Of a DNA stretch of 64,000 bases, positions 12,496 to 25,418 are shown in pieces. The notes beneath the pieces were generated by a model, which worked only from the letters and a program-made list of their open reading frames with translations, was not told the DNA's origin and did not search any database. Origin of the DNA: Chiloscyllium plagiosum. Lineage: Eukaryota. Within the stretch, counting starts at the first letter, position 1. Each line of letters opens with the position of its first letter. Position numbers and translations under genes: made by a program. Location: NCBI RefSeq assembly GCF_004010195.1, contig NC_057751.1, positions 5,154,199-5,218,198 on the forward strand. The letters run 5' to 3'.

Positions 12496-13745
12496 GTATT
12501 TCTAATGCTTCCTTCCCTGGCCAGGGTTTCTGGCAGAGAGAGAGAGAGATGCTGCAATGTTTGGGAGCGGGCCAGCACACTGAGAGGGAAAGTGATCAAA
12601 CCATCCAGCACACAAGCAAACATACAGATCATTGCAACCTCATGCTGAAGTTGTTAGCCTGTTTGTGTCTGGAGTGTCTCCACACAAGAGCAGGCTAACT
12701 TGGTCCCATACCCTGCTTCCTAAATCCTCTGAGCGACTCCCTCCCAAGTGAACGTGCACTGCCAGGTTTTGAAATGACCCTGGAGCCACGCTGAGAAAGC
12801 GGCTGGGATTCTGAAGACCACCAAAGGTGATCTGGTCACAATACATCCATATCTTCCAGGAGCTGACAAAGACAGATGCTTGCTTTCACCTGGCTGGAGG
12901 CTCTGGGAGCAGGCAGTGGGTGATGGGGGTGACCATTCCATTCTCTGGATACGGTGCCCATGTACACAGCTGATATAAGGAGAAGTGTCTTTGCTCAGGC
13001 TTGGGGAGTACTACAGTTCTTGATCAGCCTAGTTTAATGTTCAGACACAGAGGGGATAGAGGTCAATGAGGATCAGACAGGAAAGTGGCCCGAGGATACA
13101 TTGGTATTGAATAAGGAGCTGTGCAGCTCCTAAAGCTCCATGTCTGAGTATTAACCTTAAGTGTGTTTACCTGGACACTGACAGCATCTTCCCATGAGAT
13201 GGATGCTAACGCTGCCCTATGAATTCTCTCCCTTTCATTGGGGATGGGGGAACCAAGAGATTTCCGGAGAGACTCTGTCAATGGTTCCCCAGCACTGCCT
13301 CCCAGTGGCCCAGTGTAAGACAACAGGCCAGTTGACGGCGGTGACCCCACTATATTGCTGTGACGCAGTGTTTGCCAGTGCACCAGTGTAGAGCAATGGC
13401 CTAGTATATGGCAGCAAGCCAATTTGTCACGATGGCCCAGTGTATTCCAGCTACCCACTATGTGGCAGCAACCCTGTGTCTTGCTGCGGCTCACTGTATT
13501 CTCCAAAACTCGAAGGAGCCAATCCATTTGGTCAGTCTGCAGGAAGGCGAGCCTGTCCGTACATCTCCTGAGAAGACACTCAGGGTTTACTCAGAAACTG
13601 ACTACTCTCTGAGCAATTGCTGAACAGGTGGATCCATGTTTAGAAGGAGGTGAATGTTTAAAATATAGGAGATGGAGACTTTTGATGTGACTTCATGTCT
13701 GAAAGATGGGATTGGTATGATTCCCGTGGCTGCTTCTTTTCCCAG

Positions 13746-13849
13746 GACTTTGCTGATACCATACCGGGTCACGGCGGGATCATGGATCGGTTTGATTGCC
13801 AGTATCTAATGGCCACCTTTGTGAATGTCTACATTGCCAGCTTTATCAG
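13746..13849 (+). CDS. CDS2: CDS2 coding exon (catalytic signature)
   Basis: ccag|[34 protein letters not shown](R)|gtaaga; KD...[11 protein letters not shown] signature. Confidence 0.97.
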
Positions 13850-15118
13850 GTAAGAATGAGTGGTATCCCCTCAGCATAACACCAAGCACTCACTGGAGCA
13901 GGGCATCACCTTTCCTCAGTTACCCAGCCACTTCAAGGCAAAATTTCCACATAAGCTGCATTTACATAGTACCTTGAACAGCCCAGCACCCAAACTGACA
14001 CAGGACCATAAGAAATAGGAATAGGAGTAGGCCATTCAGCCCATTGAACCTGCCCCAGCATTCAGTAGGATCATGGCTGACCCAATATTACTGACATCCA
14101 CTTCTGAACCTCTCTGTCTGTCTCAGCCTTAAATGTGCTGAAGGATCCTGCCCCGTCAGCAGGGAGTGCCACACGCTCCCAACCCTCTAAGGGAACATGC
14201 CAGATGTACAGAGTGAAGGCAGTGTGCTAGGAGAGTGAACCCTGACCTGCCAGCACTCAAAGTGGGTCACGACAGCGTTCAGGAAGGAAGTGTCTTCATT
14301 TCTCGACTTCCTGCAGCCTGGCCGCAGTTTAGGAAACTACTTCTTCCTCCAGCACTGGCCTTTTCAACTTTGTCCCTTTGACTGAGGCTGTGCCCTCTGT
14401 CCAAGTCTTGAGCATTCCCTCCCCAGAACATCCATTCCCCCCTCACCCTCCAACCCTGCAATGGTTTCCTCTCCTTTAGGATGCACCCTCCTGTCCGAAT
14501 CTCTCATGGTCCCTTGACGTCAAATGCCTTGGCAGATTCCCCTGGCACAAGGATGCTACCTAAATGCAATCTGTTGTTAGTGCACTGCATACATTACCTG
14601 GATAATGTAACAGTCCCCCACTCCTGACAATGAGCCTTGCCCGTTAGAGCGGACAGGAGGGAAGTGTATGGTTTGAGCCCGCAGCCATGTACGTTCCCTT
14701 TGCAAGTTACTGTCGTGGAACCACTCTTGCTTGTGCTTTCACCTTGGAGTTACAGAGGTGTGTACAGCATAGAAAAGGGCCATTCAGCCCATCGAGTCTA
14801 TGCCAGTCAAAGACAGCCACCAGACTATGAATGATATGATCATGGATCCATGCATCAGTCCAGAGGGTTGAGCTGTCTCAGCATAGACTGGTGCTCTCTC
14901 GGTTGTGAAGCCCTCTCCATCTGCTGTTTGAGGTGCACAATGAACATCCCACAGCGCCATTTCCAAGAAACAGGAATGAGTTTGCACCAATGTGTATCCC
15001 TTGAACAGGAAGCAGCTGGTATGTTTGTGCGGGATGAGGAGAGCTAAAATCTCTGGCACTTGGTTTTCCAGAGTGGGGGAAGGGGGTCTGTATTGAAATG
15101 TCTCTGCTTGGTCCTTAG

Positions 15119-15242
15119 GGGCCCGAATCCGAGCAAATTGCTGCAGCAGCTGCTGGCTCTCCGCGTTGACCAACAGCTCCAGATCTTCAAGAGCCTGAAG
15201 GCCAACCTGATCCAGAAAGGTGTCCTGCAGAATGGAGCGTAG
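15119..15242 (+). CDS. CDS2: CDS2 last coding exon (stop TAG 15240-15242)
   Basis: ttag|GPNPSKLLQQLLALRVDQQLQIFKSLKANLIQKGVLQNGA*. Confidence 0.93.
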
Positions 15243-18200
15243 AGCTGACCCGTTCTGGTGCACCAGCCTGAGGAATGAATCCAGCCTCTGAACTTGCTCT
15301 CAAAACACAGTGTGTGTCCAATCTCATATCCAACCAGCGATTTTCGTACGTAATCTTGAGGTTCAGATTCCTTCCGACACAAAAGCTTCACATTCTGGTC
15401 GATGCAATGATCACGAAAGTACGCACGAGTTTAATGATGGAGTCTCAGCCCATCAGCTGTTCTGCCACTGATGTGCTGAGCCTGTGATTAACAGACACAC
15501 CCACACACACGCACAAAATGCTTTTTTCAAAAACAAAGATGCACCATTGCTGTTTGCAATGCAAAGCAAGTGAGGAGTTCTGAGGCTGAATCAGAAACTG
15601 TGCAAAAAGGATGGATCTGGACTCAATAGTATACCAATCCTAGCCGACTGTGCACCACTTGGGGAATCTTGTGTTCAAGGTCTCACTGACTTTCCGCGGT
15701 TACTTGCTCTTTAGCCAGAATGTACTCTTAGGGTGGATTAGATGTAGAAATTTGGTGTAACACAGGCTGTGTCATTTTGAGAAAAAAAAACCCACATTCA
15801 AGTTTTATGTTTGCATTTGTAGGGCTTCTCCAGGCAACTGAGAGAGCTTTGAGAATCGTGCTTTGCACTGGTTGTGTTCCTTTAGATAGATGGGAGGCAT
15901 GGAGAAACAAGTGGAGGTTGAAAAAGAGAAAGAGAGTGGAGCAGCAGGCACTTGTCAGTAGTGAGGTGTCGGAGTACCTGTTACCTGAGGGTCAGAGTTC
16001 CTGGGGTACCATGTTATACCCCTCACATTCTTGAACTTGTTGGATTGAGCCAAACTTTCTTGTTGACCCATGGCTAAAACTGCTGTCCGTTTCTTTGGAA
16101 ATTTTCACAAACCGCGTAGTCTCATCAAGAAAAATAGCTCCACAGATGGCAGTGTCCTCAGAGATGAGTAATGTCAAACATTACCTTCATACACAAAGAT
16201 CCATCCTCTGTCCGTCTGAAAAGGAAGGTGTGATCACGAGCAGTATTTTGTTGTTATCTGACCTCAGCACTGACCCACATGCTGTTGCAAGGAGAAGTCG
16301 CTGTGCAGTAGTTTCCATCACTTCTGTCAATGAATCCTTCCCTGGGGAGCTTCCAAGAACAGCCTGGAGGCCATCCTTCACATATAAGCCTAGATGGTGT
16401 CTGATGCAGATGGAGCACTTTCCCCCAGCCCAGTGTCCAGACAGCAATGCTAGATGGGGGTCAGGACCCCTCAACAAGCTGAATTCTAACTGGTACAGCA
16501 CAGCCTACAATCCGGATTCCCTGCTCTCTCTGTTTGAATAAAGTAGACAGGGCAGAATAGATTCAGTGAACAAGAATTGGGATTTCTGCATGTGTCACTG
16601 ATCAGCTGGTGACTGGGGCAGGTTTGGAAGTTGGCTCACCCTGCTGTTTCCAGCAACCTCCCTTTGCCTTACCCAGAGAAGATGGTGAAGGGTCCAAGGA
16701 GACCGTGATAGTCGTCTTTCTGTCAAGACCCCAAGTCATACTCCTACACCTCCTGCTGCCCAACTTCCTGACCCTGACTCCCAAAGCCCGTCATTTCACC
16801 GCATTCGACCAGCTCATAGCCAGCCAGAAGCAGTGCCCAGCTGCTGTGTTACCTACTGTAGTGTACAGCAGGTCCGGTCCACTTCTGAGCCCCACCTACC
16901 ATGCATTCTCAGTGTGTACAGCTTCACACGCGATGCTTAGTGTCTGGTCAGGGGAGACAGCCACGTTTCAAGTAATTGTTGTACTGACCTTTTCCAGCCT
17001 TTGCTCGCTAATTGCTTTTGGTTTTGAAGTGGTGAATTTGGTGAAAGACCAGGTGTGCTTGCAGGAGGGTGCTACATATTATTGGCTTCAGCTATCTTGG
17101 ATTATCAGAGAGCATGCTGCAGCTTAGACCAGTACTTCAGCATCAGCGATCAGGCACTGGTAAAGAGGGGTTAGTTAGCTGGTGGACTGAAGGAATAGGA
17201 CAGGTTAAAAGGAGGTCAGAGTTGCTTCGGTCTGGGTGATGTTGCTCAGTTTCACTCATGTGAGGGATAGAAGTGGGGGAAGATGATCTTAATAACAGCT
17301 TGGCTCACTGGAGAGTGTTACTGCTGGCAAGTGGAATAAATTACAGCAGGTGGGGCCAACAGGAGAGACATGTTTTGTGAACGGTGGACGAGAGGTCGTT
17401 GGTTGAAGACACAGGGCCAACTTGTCTTCATCTGACTGGAAAGCACTGATTGAGCTGGTGAATTTCCCTCAGCAGGAATTAGCAGCATTAACTTTGGGAA
17501 CTGAGAGGCAGACAAGGTCAAAGTACATTATGCAATGATCTTGAAACCATTTTCACAAGGCCCCCAATATACCTAGTAGCTGCATGGTTGCCACTTAATT
17601 ACTCAGGCTGTGGTATGCACAGTCGTGGCTTGGTTTTGACAGCACCCCAGAATGATGTACCAGTTTAGGGAAGTTTCAACTTTGATAGGACTGGCTAGTA
17701 GTGCTGATTTTATCGGAAAATACATTTGCTGCCTGACCAGGGAAAGATTCTCAATGCCATTCTGCTCAAGATGGAAATTCTGACTGGGAAGATAAAAGGA
17801 TGGTGTTGATGTCAAATGGCAGGCTGAGCCAGCTCTCTGCATATCTGCTGACTCACACCAGCTCACCGTCTGGTAAACTGCCTGTCTATTATTTCAACAT
17901 TTTCTGTCATCAAGGAACAATCCTCGAGGTGACAGAACCCCCTACCCCCCCCTCAAGGGAAAAGGGAAATCCTCCCTCATGGCCAAATATGAGAACCAAC
18001 TCCTGCTTGTACAGGGTCAAGTGTGGGAAGCAAATGCCCAGGGAATTTGTTCATCCACTGGCTGCACTGCACGAAGGAAGGAGAGACTGAACAAGTTCTG
18101 AGTTTCGCAGCTTCTCTTGTGTATAAACTCAAATCTGGGATGAAAGTTGTCTCTCTGAAACACATGGTAGCCAGCGCCAACTGGTTAACTTTGAAACCCT

Positions 18201-21200
18201 TATCAGGAGTGATTGTCCCTCCATCCCTTTCTCTTGTCTGACTTGTAACTAGCTCCTGCTCAGCCTGCTGTGACTCCAGTCAGCACGGTTTCCGCACTGC
18301 GGCACCAAGTATGTTTAGCATGGGGTTTTGTTTTCCCCTTGAGACTCTTTGTTTGAACACTGAAATTTTCTATAGTTTACTTTTCTGATTGGTTGAATGT
18401 TTGTTGGTGAAAGTCTGCAGTAAGAAACAGGTTTCTGAAGTTCAACATTTAGTTTGAGCATGGAAGCCTGGGAGCCATTGGATGCAGATTGACGGAGGAA
18501 CCAATTTTCCAGAAATTGGTGTGGAAGAAGTTGGATGGAATGCCAAACCAACCAACAAACAAACAAATAATCACATCCTGAAATATGCTGTTTGTTTTTT
18601 TGCTGAAGCTTGCGGAAGGACAACGTTGTTACACTGTTTAGATTTGGTCTGTTACAAAAGCACTGATACAAATTTGAGTCTGAAAAGACTATCCACACAC
18701 CATTGAACCAAAGTCCTTGTTTGATTCAAACAGGCAGTATCACCATCAGCACTAAGTTCAAGCTGTGTTTGGTACCATGTGCATGGGTGATGCAGCGTAT
18801 AATTACATCTTCTTAGCCAGCCCAGAATGAGAACTGCAGATGTGCAAACGTACATTAACCCTTTAGAGACAGCACCGTCCTGAAAACCCTGCAGGTCTCA
18901 GCACCAGCATGGAGCGAGAGCAAGTCAACATGTGCCAAAGCTGACCTGTCACTAGAATGCCATTGAAGTAAGTCATTTGAAGTTCTTTGCTGATTCTCGC
19001 TGTGATTGGGTTGTGATGGGGAATGCGGGCCCCAGTCACACAGGGCTGTACTCCAGGCATTGAGTGAGGAGACAGGCCACATGTGTTGGTGTCTGTCAGC
19101 ACAGCAAGCTGAAGCTCCCCAGCATCCTCATCATAACCTGTAGTGCTGGCAGACAAGGCCCTACACCTTGTAATAATGCGATTGCTCCTCCCCATTCCCA
19201 CTCCAACCCAGGCACTGTGAGAGATACCTGTTGGATCAAAGCAGCAGCTGGGAACACCTGGCAGGTCTTTTGTGAACATTTTGGGGTGAAGGGTAATTTC
19301 TTCAAAAGCAAAACCTGGGAATGACAAAGGTGTGGGTGTCAGGGGGCTTGCAGGAATTGAGTAAAATTCACATTTCGGAAGGCAGTGTTGATTGCAGTTT
19401 TGTGAAAACTCTTGAGATGTGTTTTAAATCCTTGAATGAACTCCATGCACTCTTGTGCAACATGAAGACCCGAGTCAATGCTGTGTCTCTTTGATCTTGG
19501 AAAGGTTCAACATGCTGCTTCTTTTGGGTTTTTGGTTGATAATGATTCAGTCGTTGCAGATAATATTCATCAACCCGTTCAGATCTAACATAGCTCTGGA
19601 GCTAGGGGTAATGAATCTGGGCATCCTCCCTCAGAGGTCGGGCCACAGCCACTGCATTGCAAGAGATCTCGTCATTCCTTATCGCATCACAATTCCTGTT
19701 TAGGATGTTTTACTGCACCCACTTGGACAGGTTCAATTGGGTTCAAATGATTCAGCTGCAAATTTAACACAAGAACCTAATGTGTGCTCAGGATATTGAG
19801 AATGACGTGCTGGATGGTAGTTTGGGGGAGTCAAGATGACAAATTGAGAGCGAGCTTTCTGCAGGAGTTGGGGATTGTCCCATCAAGGTGCCTTGTAATC
19901 TCTCATTTCTGAGAGGAAACGTGGACAGCAGTGGTGAACAATACAGCCTGTGTTCTGCTGAAGGTGCAGAGCTGTGTTTGGGCATTTCCTGGTGCACTGT
20001 TGCTGGAGACTGCAGCCAGCTCGCTGGCTTGCTGACATTGTATGCATTTCACACCTCTGAGTGGTGACCTAGTCCAAGTTACTCCCTCCTCCAGGTAGGC
20101 CAAACAAAAACCCACCAGAGCAGCTTTTGCTCTGGTCCTGGATATGAATCTCTTGCTGTCTTTGCTGATATGTCTGAAGCCAGTGAATCATGAGCATGAT
20201 CAGTTTCCCTGTGCTTTATTCAGTCTGGCAGCAATATGCTACAACCTCCACTTCATGTCTTTTTGCTCTATGTTACTTTGATTGGCAGAAACTCGTACTT
20301 GTGCAATCTCCTTTCAAAAAGTAAATTTACCCAAAAATAAAATCAAAGCTGCAGTGAGCTCACCCAAATGATTTGTGAATTTCTCGATGAGCTACCAGCT
20401 TAAATCAAAATGGTCCGGCAAAACAAACTCCATTTTTAGGAAGCCCCAATTGATATGGGATGTGGGCTTGCTGACCCATCCCAAATTCGCTTTGCTCGGA
20501 GTGACAGGCTTGGCCCATTTCAGTGGGCAGTTGAAAGTTAGCCACATTGTGGGTCTGGAGCAAGGATATCATTGGACAGGAATGCACCAGCTGGATTTTT
20601 TAATAACAGTTGATAGTGGTTTCAAAAAGAAAGCATCAACTGCCTGCAATTCCAGAATGATCAATTTAATTCCACCAGATGGTGTAAAGGGATGAGTGTT
20701 CGCTCAGGCCTCAGGATTAGTTATGAAATTGTCTCCTCTCTTCAATCAATTAGTGATTTAAAGTTAAGACCAGCTATTGGTCACCAGCAATGTCCAGAGA
20801 GCAGGTGGACCATAATGCACACTTAACTATTGCAATGGCAGTTCCTGATGTCCAAACCAGAGAGAGGTGAGTTTGGTGTCAAGTGCAGGAAGCCAGGACT
20901 GCCAGAGGAGGACAGTACAGCAGAATGTGCTGTCAGACCTAACCAAGAGACTTACTGTGACGGCTTTACTTTCAAAACACAACCTACACTTTGGGTTTGA
21001 TTTGTGAGTTCCAGCCCAAAAGAAGCAGATTCCAAGGTTCAACATTTCCAACGTCAAACTGAAATCGTGTTGAAAGCTTTCAGAGGCCAAAGCACAGCAT
21101 TAATTCGGAACCAGTTACGTTGCAGAATAGACTCACAGATGTGTTTATTTCAGTAAAGTGGTTGAGTAAATCCTTAATAAGTGCTTCAACATGTGTGTCT

Positions 21201-21375
21201 GTCTGTGTGAAGTATGAACTATCCAATTGAAGTGATACCTGCTGTCATGTGTTATTGTATATGGGCCTGTTTTTAATTCAACATCAACTTTAATGTGTGT
21301 GCGTGCGCACACGCATACGTGTCTAAATATATATATGATGGTGTTAAAGACTACACAATATTTATGTATGTTGCA

Positions 21376-21381
21376 AATAAA
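21376..21381 (+). promoter_or_regulatory. Candidate distal polyadenylation signal of CDS2 (proximal candidate AATAAA at 16537-16542)
   Basis: AATAAA preceded by AT-rich TGTA/TATTTATGTA elements at the end of a ~6 kb transposon-poor stretch after the stop codon. Confidence 0.55.
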
Positions 21382-21752
21382 AAGAATCAAGTAAAAATGA
21401 CCAAGTCTTCTTCTAATACTTCACTAACTCTGAAGGTGTCATCTTGTTGTCAGAGCCCAAGCAGTTGTTGAAGCAAGGAAAGCTGCCATTTATATTCTGG
21501 ACAGCGTGCAACTCGGTGACTCAGATCCCACAGCCTGCTGTAGTATTGATAACCATCATAAAACGCAGTGATCCTGTGAGACCAATCACCTTGCTGCATT
21601 GAGGGGTTGCAACTAAGTGCAGGCCATGCCAGCAACACCCCGATCCTGTCAGCACTTCTTCAATCTTGGCACTGAAGTTGAGGGATTCACCCACATTGGC
21701 TGCAGCAAAATGCACCATGTCAACTCAGCAAGGCTCCTCAAACAGCACTTTC

Positions 21753-22252
21753 NNNNNNNNNNNNNNNNNNNNNNNNNNNNNNNNNNNNNNNNNNNNNNNN
21801 NNNNNNNNNNNNNNNNNNNNNNNNNNNNNNNNNNNNNNNNNNNNNNNNNNNNNNNNNNNNNNNNNNNNNNNNNNNNNNNNNNNNNNNNNNNNNNNNNNNN
21901 NNNNNNNNNNNNNNNNNNNNNNNNNNNNNNNNNNNNNNNNNNNNNNNNNNNNNNNNNNNNNNNNNNNNNNNNNNNNNNNNNNNNNNNNNNNNNNNNNNNN
22001 NNNNNNNNNNNNNNNNNNNNNNNNNNNNNNNNNNNNNNNNNNNNNNNNNNNNNNNNNNNNNNNNNNNNNNNNNNNNNNNNNNNNNNNNNNNNNNNNNNNN
22101 NNNNNNNNNNNNNNNNNNNNNNNNNNNNNNNNNNNNNNNNNNNNNNNNNNNNNNNNNNNNNNNNNNNNNNNNNNNNNNNNNNNNNNNNNNNNNNNNNNNN
22201 NNNNNNNNNNNNNNNNNNNNNNNNNNNNNNNNNNNNNNNNNNNNNNNNNNNN
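21753..22252. other. Assembly gap
   Basis: 500 N. Confidence 1.
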
Positions 22253-22398
22253 GACATTGACATGTTGGCTCTATTCCTGATGAAGGGCTTTTGCCCGAAA
22301 CGTCGATTTCGAAGCTCCTTGGATGCTGCCTGAACTGCTGTGCTCTTCCAGCACCACTGATCCAGAATCTGGTTTCCAGCATCTGCAGTCATTGCTTT
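22253..22398 (+). mobile_element. Penelope-like terminal repeat with intact minimal hammerhead core
   Basis: CTGATGA-A-GGGC-TTTT-GCCC-GAAA-CGTC at 22277-22304, followed by family tail ggatgctgcctgaactgctgtg...ccagcatctgcag. Confidence 0.75.
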
Positions 22399-22399
22399 T

Positions 22400-23103
22400 A
22401 CCCAAATGGGCAGTTGCCTGTCAGGGAAATGTGAGGGAATGTATTTTGGGGGAAGGAACATGGAGAGACAGTACAGGCTCAATGGCACAACTCTGTGGGC
22501 AGGACAGGAGCACAGGGAGCTCAGGTTTCACATGCATGATTTGCTGAAGGTGGCCAGGCAAGCTGAAACACTTGGGAACAAGGTTGGTAGGATCCTGGGG
22601 TTTATAAGTAGAGGCTTAGAGTGTAAAAGCAAAGAAAGCATCTGATTCAACAAAGGATATTAAAGATGGAGAGAGTTGAAAGGGGATTTACGAAAATGAT
22701 ACCAGGAATGAAAGATTTTAGATAAAAGTTGAGAGAGATTGGGTGTATTCTCCTTGGAGTAGGGAAGATTAACATCTAAACCTTATTGAGGTGTTCAAAC
22801 TCGTTACCAATTTTGACAGAGTAAAAGGGAGATCTTGTGTTTCCCATGAGTTGGTGTGTCAGTGACGAAAGCTCACAATTGAAAGATGGTCAGCAAAGAG
22901 AGCTCGGGGTGAGATGAGGAGAAGCATCTTTGTTAGGATTTGGAAGGTGCTGCCTGAGAGCGTGGTGGGAGCCTCTCCAAGAATGCTGGGTATTTATTGG
23001 AGAGGGATGAATTTAGAGGCCTATGGAGATTGAGACTAGCTGGGTATCTCTTTCAGGAGCTGGTACAGTCACAATGGGTGGAAGGGCGTCCTGTGCTGTA
23101 AAA
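22400..23103 (+). mobile_element. Decayed CR1-clade LINE 3' fragment
   Basis: Degenerate CR1 RT C-terminal sequence (ggatcctggggtttataagtagaggc, aggggatttacgaaaatgataccagg) ending in cctgtgctgta tail. Confidence 0.65.
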
Positions 23104-24530
23104 CATGGTGGACGGGGTTCCAATTTGAGGGAATAGTGAGGCGATGGACATGAAGTTGGTGCTGAGATCGGAAGGGAGTTTGCTGCACAGATGTTCCCAG
23201 GGTCTGACTGGGTGCTACAGGTGATTCACAGAGATTTTACTGTTGTACAACATAATTCCTGTGGGCTCCGACTGGATCAGAATCCCAGCCAAGGCTTCAG
23301 GAATTCTCTCTCCTTCTGGTAACTTGGTCAGATTCTTATAGATGAGCTTCAATCAAGGTGAGATCCCACTGCCAATTAAAACATAACCTTTGTAACAAGA
23401 CCTGACAAAGGCTGAAGGCAACCATTGTCTTTATTGAGGGAGATCAGTGTGGGCCGAATCCAAATGGGGCTCAGGAGAACTGGGAGGGAGGTTAAAGGAT
23501 CAACTAAACAGGACAAATGCTGTTGTGAGCTGTTGTGAAAGCTAGACTGAGCTAGGTGGCACCTCTCTCAGTCTAATGTCTGGGGACCTTCTTGACCTTC
23601 AGAGAAATGCAAGTTGTTGTCAGTTGGGTGCACTCATCAATCTCAGTGTGAAAGACTGGGGTCAGCAAGCCCCTAGCCTCGAGCCCATCCTGGAATCTGA
23701 GAATGCGATGCAGGAAGATTTAGCAGCTGCTGTTTGCAGCTTCTGCTGTCTCACCCAATACTAACGCTGTGACTCTGGTGGCTGCTGTAAAAGACGGAGC
23801 CTGAGATGTTTAACACCTCGGGGTCACACACACTGCCATGACCCAGGTCTCTGAAAGGCCTACTGACCAGCAGACACAGTCCTACCCTGGAACACACAGT
23901 GTAACCCAAATCGTGAACATGCACTGTGCAAAAGTGACTCAATGTGGGAGTCAGTGGCTGGAGAAGGGGTTACACTACCTCTCCTCCTCTGGTTATGGAG
24001 GTCTCAGCCATACACTCCTTCACCCCCATCGTGGGTTCCAACACCTCACAGAGTCACACTGTATCGAAGAGGCCATTCAGCCCATCAGATCCGTAGTGCC
24101 AAAAGCAAATGCTGCCCCCACCAGTGTCACTTTCCCACGTGCAGACTATAGCCATGAATGTGACCTGTGATGAGCATTATCATGTCACAGACAAATAACT
24201 CCACTGACACATCCATGACCAATTTAAAGGCGGTGAGATTTCCAGACGCCCAGCTTCCTCTGGGAGAAATATCCCCAGGAAACCTCCTGTCTTTCACTTA
24301 TCCCTTATTCCTGAGCCATCAACTAAGGGGAACAGTTGCTTCCTGTTCACCCAGCTCACAATCTGAAACACAATGTCTTGTGTCAAATCCTCACCCTCAT
24401 GCTAATGTCACCCTTGTGCTCCAATGAGAAATCCGGCCTATCCCTGTTCCTGGAATCCATCATTCCAAAAACCCTTCCCATCAATGTCTTCTGACCCTCT
24501 CAGCTTTGGTGGCAGAGTTGACCTAACCCT

Positions 24531-24852
24531 ACGGTGACTCAGTGGTTAGCACAGTCACCAGGGATCCGGGTTCGATTCCAGCCTTGGGTGACTGTGTGGA
24601 GTTTGCACGTTCTCCCTGTGTCTGCGTGGGTTTCCTCCCACAGTCTAAAGATGTGCAGGTTCGGGTGGATTGACCATGCTAAACTATCCCGAGTGTTGAG
24701 CGATGTGTAGGCGAGGTGGGTTAGCCCTGGGAAATATAGGGTCTCAGGGATAGGGGGGATATAGATGGATCTGGGTGGAATACTCTTTAGAGGATTGGTG
24801 CAGATTCGATGGGCCAAATGGCCTGCTTCCACACTGTAGGGATTCCATGATC
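24531..24852 (+). mobile_element. HE1-type SINE
   Basis: acggtgactcagtggttagcac...ccgggttcgattcca...gggccaaatggcctgcttccacactgtagggattcc. Confidence 0.8.
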
Positions 24853-25354
24853 CTTAAGGAGGATTTGCAGCCCTGAGCTTTTCTCTCTCTGCTCCTTCTT
24901 GAGTCTCGTTTCCTGCAGGATCTAGCCAACATTAATCACAATGTTGAAAATGTCAGCTGAGGACAGAGAGAGAGATGGAGACTTCCGTCCACATGGATTC
25001 AGGATCTGAATGTGTTGATCAAACACACAGCAGATGAGATGACCATCTACTCACTCTTTGCAAAGATCACCAGGAGGCCTTCCTGAGGTGGGCAGGAACA
25101 TGAGTCCGGAGTTGGACTGCAGCACAACCACTCGGATCAGTCGCAGGGTTGTTGTGAAATAGAGAGAGCAGGCCGGGTGCCTTGCCTTTGCGTGTGGCTG
25201 GCTTTCTAACTCGTCACAGTCGGCTGACGCAGGAACAAGGATGTGGGCTGGTAGGCATCTGTACAGGCTGAGTCGGGGACCAACCTGCTTTGAAGACAGC
25301 CGCCTGCGACACAGTGAAGAGAACACAGTGCCATCCTTTCAGAAAAGGAAAATC

Positions 25355-25418
25355 ATGTCACTGAAACTACCACGCAACGTTTGGGACTTCAACCTGAAAG
25401 GAGACGGCAACCGAATAG
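25355..25418 (+). CDS. ARHGAP25: ARHGAP25 (Rho GTPase-activating protein 25) first coding exon
   Basis: ATG..MSLKLPRNVWDFNLKGDGNRI(G)|gtaagg; matches the N-terminus MSLKLPRNWDFNLK I recall for ARHGAP25 (not ARHGAP22/24); phase 1 fits next exon. Confidence 0.9.

Noticed and set aside
746..15242. Assignment as CDS1
   Set aside because: Diagnostic residues ([43 protein letters not shown]) match CDS2 as I recall it.
21617..22488. Long ORFs here and at 8069-8808, 47136-47849 and 60180-61109
   Set aside because: They run through N gaps or GT microsatellite; not real reading frames.
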